Origin: Sumerlaeia bacterium
GTDB lineage: Bacteria > Sumerlaeota > Sumerlaeia > SLMS01 > JAHLLQ01
Assembly (NCBI GenBank): GCA_040219255.1
Contig: JAVJSW010000039.1
Span: 125,120 to 189,119 of the forward strand
Length of the DNA: 64,000 bases
Direction: 5' to 3'
The position numbers and the translations under genes are program-made. The notes below the pieces were generated by a model that ran no database searches, was not told the DNA's origin, and worked only from the letters and a program-made list of their open reading frames with translations. Position 1 is the first letter of the stretch; the number at the start of each line of letters is the position of its first letter. This document shows, piece after piece, positions 59,405 through 64,000 of this stretch.

Positions 59405-62400
59405 ATGTTTTCGTTTCGAGCAGCCCTGAGCGCCACTCTGGCGGCCCTGGCCCTCCCCGCCATCGCGAGGCCGCAGACGGTTCTGGTGGACGATGGCGAC
59501 GCCAACTTCGCCATCACGGGTTCGTGGAGTTCAGTCTCCTGCACCCCTGGCGGGACCTGTGATCAGGCGGTGAACAACGACTATCATTTCGCGAGCGCCA
59601 GCGCAACGGCCACAGCCTTCGCCCGATGGACCCCGAATCTGCCGAGCGACGGTCACTATCGAGTGGAGGTGCGATATCGAGACGGAGCCAACCGGGCGCC
59701 CAACGCTCCCTACACGATCTCGCACGTGCTTGGCGAAACCACGGCATCGGTGAATCAAACCGGCGATGGCGGGAACTGGGTTTCGATCGGCGACTTCCGC
59801 TTTGTCGCGGGGGCGGAGGGATATGTGGAATTGGCCAACAACGCCTCCGCGGGCACCGTTCTGATCGCGGACGCGGTGCGTTTCGCGCGCATCGGTGATG
59901 CGATCATTTACACGTCGGACGACGCCGATCCGGTCACGAACGATGCAACGACCAATTTTGTGGCCGAGGACGGCTGGCAATTTCGCACCTGCACCTGCGA
60001 CGATGTCCTGGAAGGGGATTACTTCTTCGGGTTCGACGCGCCCACAGCGACGCTCAAGGCCGTCTGGCCTTTTCCCAACGTCGAGGATGGGCGCTACGCC
60101 GTGATGACGCGCTGGCTGGCCGGCGCCAATCGCGCCACCGATGCGGAGTATCAGGTGGCCCACAACGGCGGCCTGACCCAAGTCTTGAGAAACCAGCGGG
60201 AAGACGGTGGGAAATGGGTGCAACTGGGCGAATTCGATTTCCTGGAAGGCGACGCCGCAGCGGCGGTCACCCTGACGAATCGGGCCTTCGGCGGAGACGT
60301 GGTGGTCGGCGATTCGGTGCGCCTGGTGCGCCTCGGGAACCCGCAGGGGAGTTGGATCAATCAGGTGCAGGCGGACTTTGTCTTCACAACCCGCGACGAA
60401 TCGGAAGTGGACGTGGTGGGGGCTTCCGCCGATGGAGCCGCCGAGGTGGAAGTGCGGATCGGTTCGCTACGCAACGGCGTGAAGAACGAGGCCCTGAAGG
60501 CCTCGATCCTGACCGACGACTCGCTGCCGCTCGATGGGCGCTTTGGAGAATGGCTTGACGAGGAGTTCGAGTGGGATCCGGCCATTCCGGCCTGGAAACG
60601 CACCTATCGCGCGCCCATCCATTTTCCCGATTCCGGCACGGCAAACGCCCGATCGACCTTCGACTTCGCCCCGGAAGCCAACGCCCTGCCCATCCCCATC
60701 GCCGACATCCCGGGGTTCGAGACGGAATACCAGTTTGAACTGGGGAGGCCGCCGGTGGTGCTGGTGCACGGATTGTGGGGTAGCGCGGCGGATTGGAAGG
60801 CGGACGCCTTGCCACGGGCCTTGAAGGAGAGTGGCTGGATCAATGTCGTCGCCATCGATTACAAAGACAAGAATGACAAGAGCTTTGCGGAAAACAGGAA
60901 TATCGTGCCAATCCGGGGTATCGACACAGCGGTGCATGGCGCAATATTTGAAGACTCTATGGCAACGACAAAAGTTGATATCGTTGCTCACAGCATGGGC
61001 GGTTTACTGACACGTGTTTACTTGCAATCGCAAGGCTCTCTTTCTTTTCGGGAAGACGTTCGAAAATTTATCACCATCGCGACACCACACAGCGGTTCGG
61101 AATGGGCCAATTTTCTTCAAACTTCTAATTGCGCCGATTTGGCACAATTCATGATCGAGGACGCGGCGAAACTCATTCCCTTTGTCACAAATCCCAATCT
61201 GAATGTCTTTGCCAAAGCTGTCAGAGATCTGAGAGTCGACAGTGCCGCGATTCAAAAGCTGAATCAGAGGCCGATCAATAAGCCTGAAGGGGTATGGACT
61301 TATGCCATTGCGGGCAATGCCACGAGGCCAATCATTGAATTGCCAGTCTTCCTGTTTCAGGCTGGCTTCGTGGAGGTGCAAATCGTCCTGCAAATTGAGT
61401 TCAACAATACCGAACAATGGCTGCTCGCGTCGTTGGTCGAGGATTATCGTGGCGTTTCTGGCCAGTCCGTCCTCGGGCCGATAAACGACCTCATTGTGTC
61501 TGAGGCCAGCGCGAGGGGGGGACTGGGACCAGACTCCTCTATCCTGTTCCCTGCAATCTCCGATCACAGCGTGATGAAGAATGAGTCGGCTGTGGTCGGA
61601 TTTGTCCTTCAACTTCTCAATGCCGACCTGCGAGATCCGTTCGAAAACATCCTCTCCGATTCATACTTCGATCCCCCTCTTCTTTCGTATGCCGACCCCT
61701 GTCCTCCCGCGGAAAGCTTCTCCGCCACATTCAGCAATCCCAGCAATTCCTTCACTTTCCTCTCACCATTCGATGGTGAAATCTTCGACACCGGCACGAC
61801 AATCACAGTGGCCCTCGCGATGGACAGTTCGACCACCGTTGCGTTGGTTGGAGTGAGTTCTTCTAACTCCACAACCACGATAAGAAGAGTTGAGTCTCCT
61901 CCGGCGGGTTTTTCATTTGTCGCTACTGATGATCTCGTTGGTGGCGTCAGCCTCTTCGCTCTCGCCCTCGATGGTAACGGCTCGGTGTTGACCGATGCCG
62001 TCTCCATCTCTATTGTCCCCTTGGACGCGCCCAGCACGATCGTCCTCAACCCTTCCGATCCACTCCTGCTGCCCGTAGATGACTCCGCCTCCTTTGCAAT
62101 CCTAGGTAAGTTTGGAGAAGACTTGAGAGACATTTCCTACTTCGCTGACATCCAACTTTCCGATCCCCTAATGGCCAGCCTTGTCACATCGACAACACTC
62201 CTTGGACTCCAGGCCGGGGAAACCAACCTCTCGGTTTCCTATTTGGGAGTCTCCAACTCCTTTCCCATCTCCGTCTTTGAGACCGGCTTCAGCAACGACA
62301 TCACCGATTCCGACGGCGATGGCCTCTCGGACTTCGAGGAGGGCGTCAACGGCACCGACCCCACCAACCCCGACAGCGACGGCGACGGCCTCACGGATCT

Positions 62401-62542
62401 GGAAGAACTCGCCGTCTATGGCACCAATCCCAACGAACGCGACTCAGACAGCGACGGCGTCTTTGACGCAGCCGAAGTACGATTGGGGCACGACCCCAAC
62501 AACGGCGACGACCCTGTCTGCCTGACAAACTGCGCATTCTAG
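59405..62542 (+). CDS. Secreted modular alpha/beta hydrolase (two golvesin/CBM-like domains + PGAP1-like lipase + Ig-like + TSP3-like Ca-binding repeats)
   Basis: Signal peptide; duplicated 'DD.D..F..G.W...ANRA..A.Y.....V.ADAVR'; VLVHGLW, VAHSMGG, IATPHSGS; DSDGDGL repeats. Confidence 0.8.
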   Translation: MFSFRAALSATLAALALPAIARPQTVLVDDGDANFAITGSWSSVSCTPGGTCDQAVNNDYHFASASATATAFARWTPNLPSDGHYRVEVRYRDGANRAPNAPYTISHVLGETTASVNQTGDGGNWVSIGDFRFVAGAEGYVELANNASAGTVLIADAVRFARIGDAIIYTSDDADPVTNDATTNFVAEDGWQFRTCTCDDVLEGDYFFGFDAPTATLKAVWPFPNVEDGRYAVMTRWLAGANRATDAEYQVAHNGGLTQVLRNQREDGGKWVQLGEFDFLEGDAAAAVTLTNRAFGGDVVVGDSVRLVRLGNPQGSWINQVQADFVFTTRDESEVDVVGASADGAAEVEVRIGSLRNGVKNEALKASILTDDSLPLDGRFGEWLDEEFEWDPAIPAWKRTYRAPIHFPDSGTANARSTFDFAPEANALPIPIADIPGFETEYQFELGRPPVVLVHGLWGSAADWKADALPRALKESGWINVVAIDYKDKNDKSFAENRNIVPIRGIDTAVHGAIFEDSMATTKVDIVAHSMGGLLTRVYLQSQGSLSFREDVRKFITIATPHSGSEWANFLQTSNCADLAQFMIEDAAKLIPFVTNPNLNVFAKAVRDLRVDSAAIQKLNQRPINKPEGVWTYAIAGNATRPIIELPVFLFQAGFVEVQIVLQIEFNNTEQWLLASLVEDYRGVSGQSVLGPINDLIVSEASARGGLGPDSSILFPAISDHSVMKNESAVVGFVLQLLNADLRDPFENILSDSYFDPPLLSYADPCPPAESFSATFSNPSNSFTFLSPFDGEIFDTGTTITVALAMDSSTTVALVGVSSSNSTTTIRRVESPPAGFSFVATDDLVGGVSLFALALDGNGSVLTDAVSISIVPLDAPSTIVLNPSDPLLLPVDDSASFAILGKFGEDLRDISYFADIQLSDPLMASLVTSTTLLGLQAGETNLSVSYLGVSNSFPISVFETGFSNDITDSDGDGLSDFEEGVNGTDPTNPDSDGDGLTDLEELAVYGTNPNERDSDSDGVFDAAEVRLGHDPNNGDDPVCLTNCAF

Positions 62543-62639
62543 CATCGCCCGCAGGCGCCCCCCGCGGTTTCTTCTCGCCACTCTGCACCCCATCGCGCTT
62601 CACTCTTCGCCGTAACACTCGCGAAAGGGCCCACACCCC

Positions 62640-63650
62640 ATGAAAATCGCCGTCCTCGGCACTGTGATGCGCGACGAAATCCACACCTTCCGGGGCGAAC
62701 GGCGCGAATCCTTTGGCGGCATCCTCTACAACGTCCTCGCGCTCGCCGCCCTCACCGATCCGGAGCGCGACGAAATCCGGCCGGTCTGTTACCTCGGCGC
62801 CGAGCACAAGGCCGCCATCACCGAGGAATTCTTCGCCCACCGGCCCCACATCCGCACCCAATTCATGCGCGAATGCACCGCCGGCACCGACCAAAACGTC
62901 CTCCAATACCGCACCGCCAGCGACCGCGCCGAGCGCATGACCCTCGTCACCCCACCCCTCGATCTCGCGGCCGACCTCCTGCCCGCCTGCGCCGACGCCG
63001 ACGCCATCATCCTCAACGTCATCAACGCCCGCGAAGTCGACCTCACCACCCTGGCGGCCCTGCGCCGCGCCTGCCCCCGGGCCCACATCCACCTCGACAT
63101 CCACAATCTCGGCAAAGGCCTCGACGCCGAAAGCCGCCTCGTCCCCAAAGGCCTCCCCGACTGGCGCGACTGGCTATCCCAGGTCAACACCGTCCAAGGC
63201 AACGAGTGGGAGATGGAACTGCTGCTCGGCAACAAACCCGAAAGCGAAGAAGAACTGACAGCCTCCGCCCAAGCCCTCGCAGCCATCCCCGCCATCGAAG
63301 CCGCCGTCCTCACCGTCGGCGGCCGCGGAGCCATCGTCGCCCACCGCCTCACACCCGGCGGCGGCCTCGCCCTCCTGCGCGTCCGCGCCATGGACCTCGA
63401 AGCCGAAGCCCTCGACACCACCGGCTGCGGCGACTGCTTCTCCTCGGCCTTCGTGCTCGAAATGCTGCGCACCCGCAACCCCGCGCGCGCCGCCCTTCTG
63501 GCCACCACGCTGAGCGGCCTCAACACCCTCTCCCGCGGCCTCGAAGCCTTCGAAAAAAACCTCGATCTCCCCCACGCCTCCCGCCAGGCCTTCCCGGCCC
63601 TGATGCAAAGCATTGAAAATGGCTGGCTTGGCGAACCCACAAAAGAGTGA
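62640..63650 (+). CDS. PfkB/ribokinase family carbohydrate kinase
   Basis: N-terminal G....D and GG, N..E, DTTGCGDCF. Confidence 0.85.
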   Translation: MKIAVLGTVMRDEIHTFRGERRESFGGILYNVLALAALTDPERDEIRPVCYLGAEHKAAITEEFFAHRPHIRTQFMRECTAGTDQNVLQYRTASDRAERMTLVTPPLDLAADLLPACADADAIILNVINAREVDLTTLAALRRACPRAHIHLDIHNLGKGLDAESRLVPKGLPDWRDWLSQVNTVQGNEWEMELLLGNKPESEEELTASAQALAAIPAIEAAVLTVGGRGAIVAHRLTPGGGLALLRVRAMDLEAEALDTTGCGDCFSSAFVLEMLRTRNPARAALLATTLSGLNTLSRGLEAFEKNLDLPHASRQAFPALMQSIENGWLGEPTKE

Positions 63651-63669
63651 TTTTTTATGCGCAAGACCC

Positions 63670-63698
63670 TTGACACAGGGGTCCATTTCTAGGACCTT
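63670..63698 (+). promoter_or_regulatory. Probable tRNA promoter
   Basis: Perfect TTGACA at 63670 with a weak -10 (GACCTT) at 17 nt spacing. Confidence 0.4.
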
Positions 63699-63730
63699 CT
63701 TTCTCCCGACGGCAGTCGGGCCTCCCGAGA

Positions 63731-63807
63731 GCGGGACTAGCTCAGTTGGCTAGAGCGCCACCTTGCCAAGGTGGAGGTCGCCGGTTCGAGCCCGGTGTCC
63801 CGCTCCA
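63731..63807 (+). tRNA. tRNA-Gly (GCC)
   Basis: GCGGGAC/GTCCCGC acceptor stem, D-arm AGTTGG, CCACC-TTGCCAA-GGTGG anticodon arm, GTTCGAG T-loop, encoded CCA. Confidence 0.97.
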
Positions 63808-63833
63808 TTTTCTTCGTTGAAGTATCTCGACTT

Positions 63834-63858
63834 ACGCGCCCCACAAGGGCGCGTTTTT
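63834..63858 (+). terminator. Rho-independent terminator after tRNA-Gly
   Basis: ACGCGCCC-cacaa-GGGCGCGT followed by TTTT. Confidence 0.85.
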
Positions 63859-63862
63859 CGTT

Positions 63863-64000
63863 GTGCGCCACGCATGGCGCGACTTCTTGGAGGTGAGAGT
63901 CCTCTCTTGGCCGTAACGACCGGAACAAGTAGCCGGAGGCAAGGGCGTCGCCGCGAGGCGGGGTCTGAAGGAAGCCCGAGGCAAAGGCCGGTCCCGACGA
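63863..64000 (+). mobile_element. 5' end (domain I) of a class C group II intron, truncated by the window edge
   Basis: Starts GTGCGCC.CGCATGG; contains GGTGAGAGTCC, GCAAGGG and TCTGAAGGAAGC..GGCAAA as in IIC introns; sits 4 nt after the terminator U-tract. Confidence 0.88.

Noticed and set aside
62280-63610. Extreme C-richness of the plus strand
   Set aside because: Explained by C-ending codon choice in the PfkB gene and the TSP3-like repeats; no separate structure evident.
63731-63833. tRNA-Gly as a prophage/ICE integration site
   Set aside because: No integrase or duplicated tRNA 3' end seen in the window; the downstream element is explained by the group II intron.
63737-63928. 63-aa ORF containing MERDTGLEPATSTLAR
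   Set aside because: Antisense translation of the tRNA and intron.

Overview
High-GC bacterial chromosomal segment with about 40 protein-coding genes. The gene style (large secreted modular proteins with PT linkers and dockerin-like C-termini, three Hanks-type Ser/Thr kinases, a C25 peptidase) suggests Ca. Sumerlaeota or a PVC-like lineage; this is inference only. Housekeeping content: dnaB, amt, actP plus DUF4212, a dicarboxylate/amino acid symporter, rimJ, a Fur-family regulator, HisJ, PfkB and tRNA-Gly(GCC). Four notable items. (1) A Ser/Thr kinase fused to a membrane domain with two H-x13-H pairs (di-heme cytochrome b-like), directly upstream of a membrane-anchored triheme c-type cytochrome: a candidate transmembrane redox-sensing kinase system. 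(2) A cphB-cphA2 cyanophycin pair in a non-cyanobacterial-looking genome. (3) A tightly coupled operon of C25 peptidase, TPR, GT-C, GDP-sugar reductase, O-antigen ligase, degenerate NamZ and lipoprotein genes that may process and glycosylate surface proteins. (4) The 5' end of a class C group II intron right behind the tRNA-Gly terminator at the window edge. All calls come from motif reading without database searches, and several start codons are estimates.
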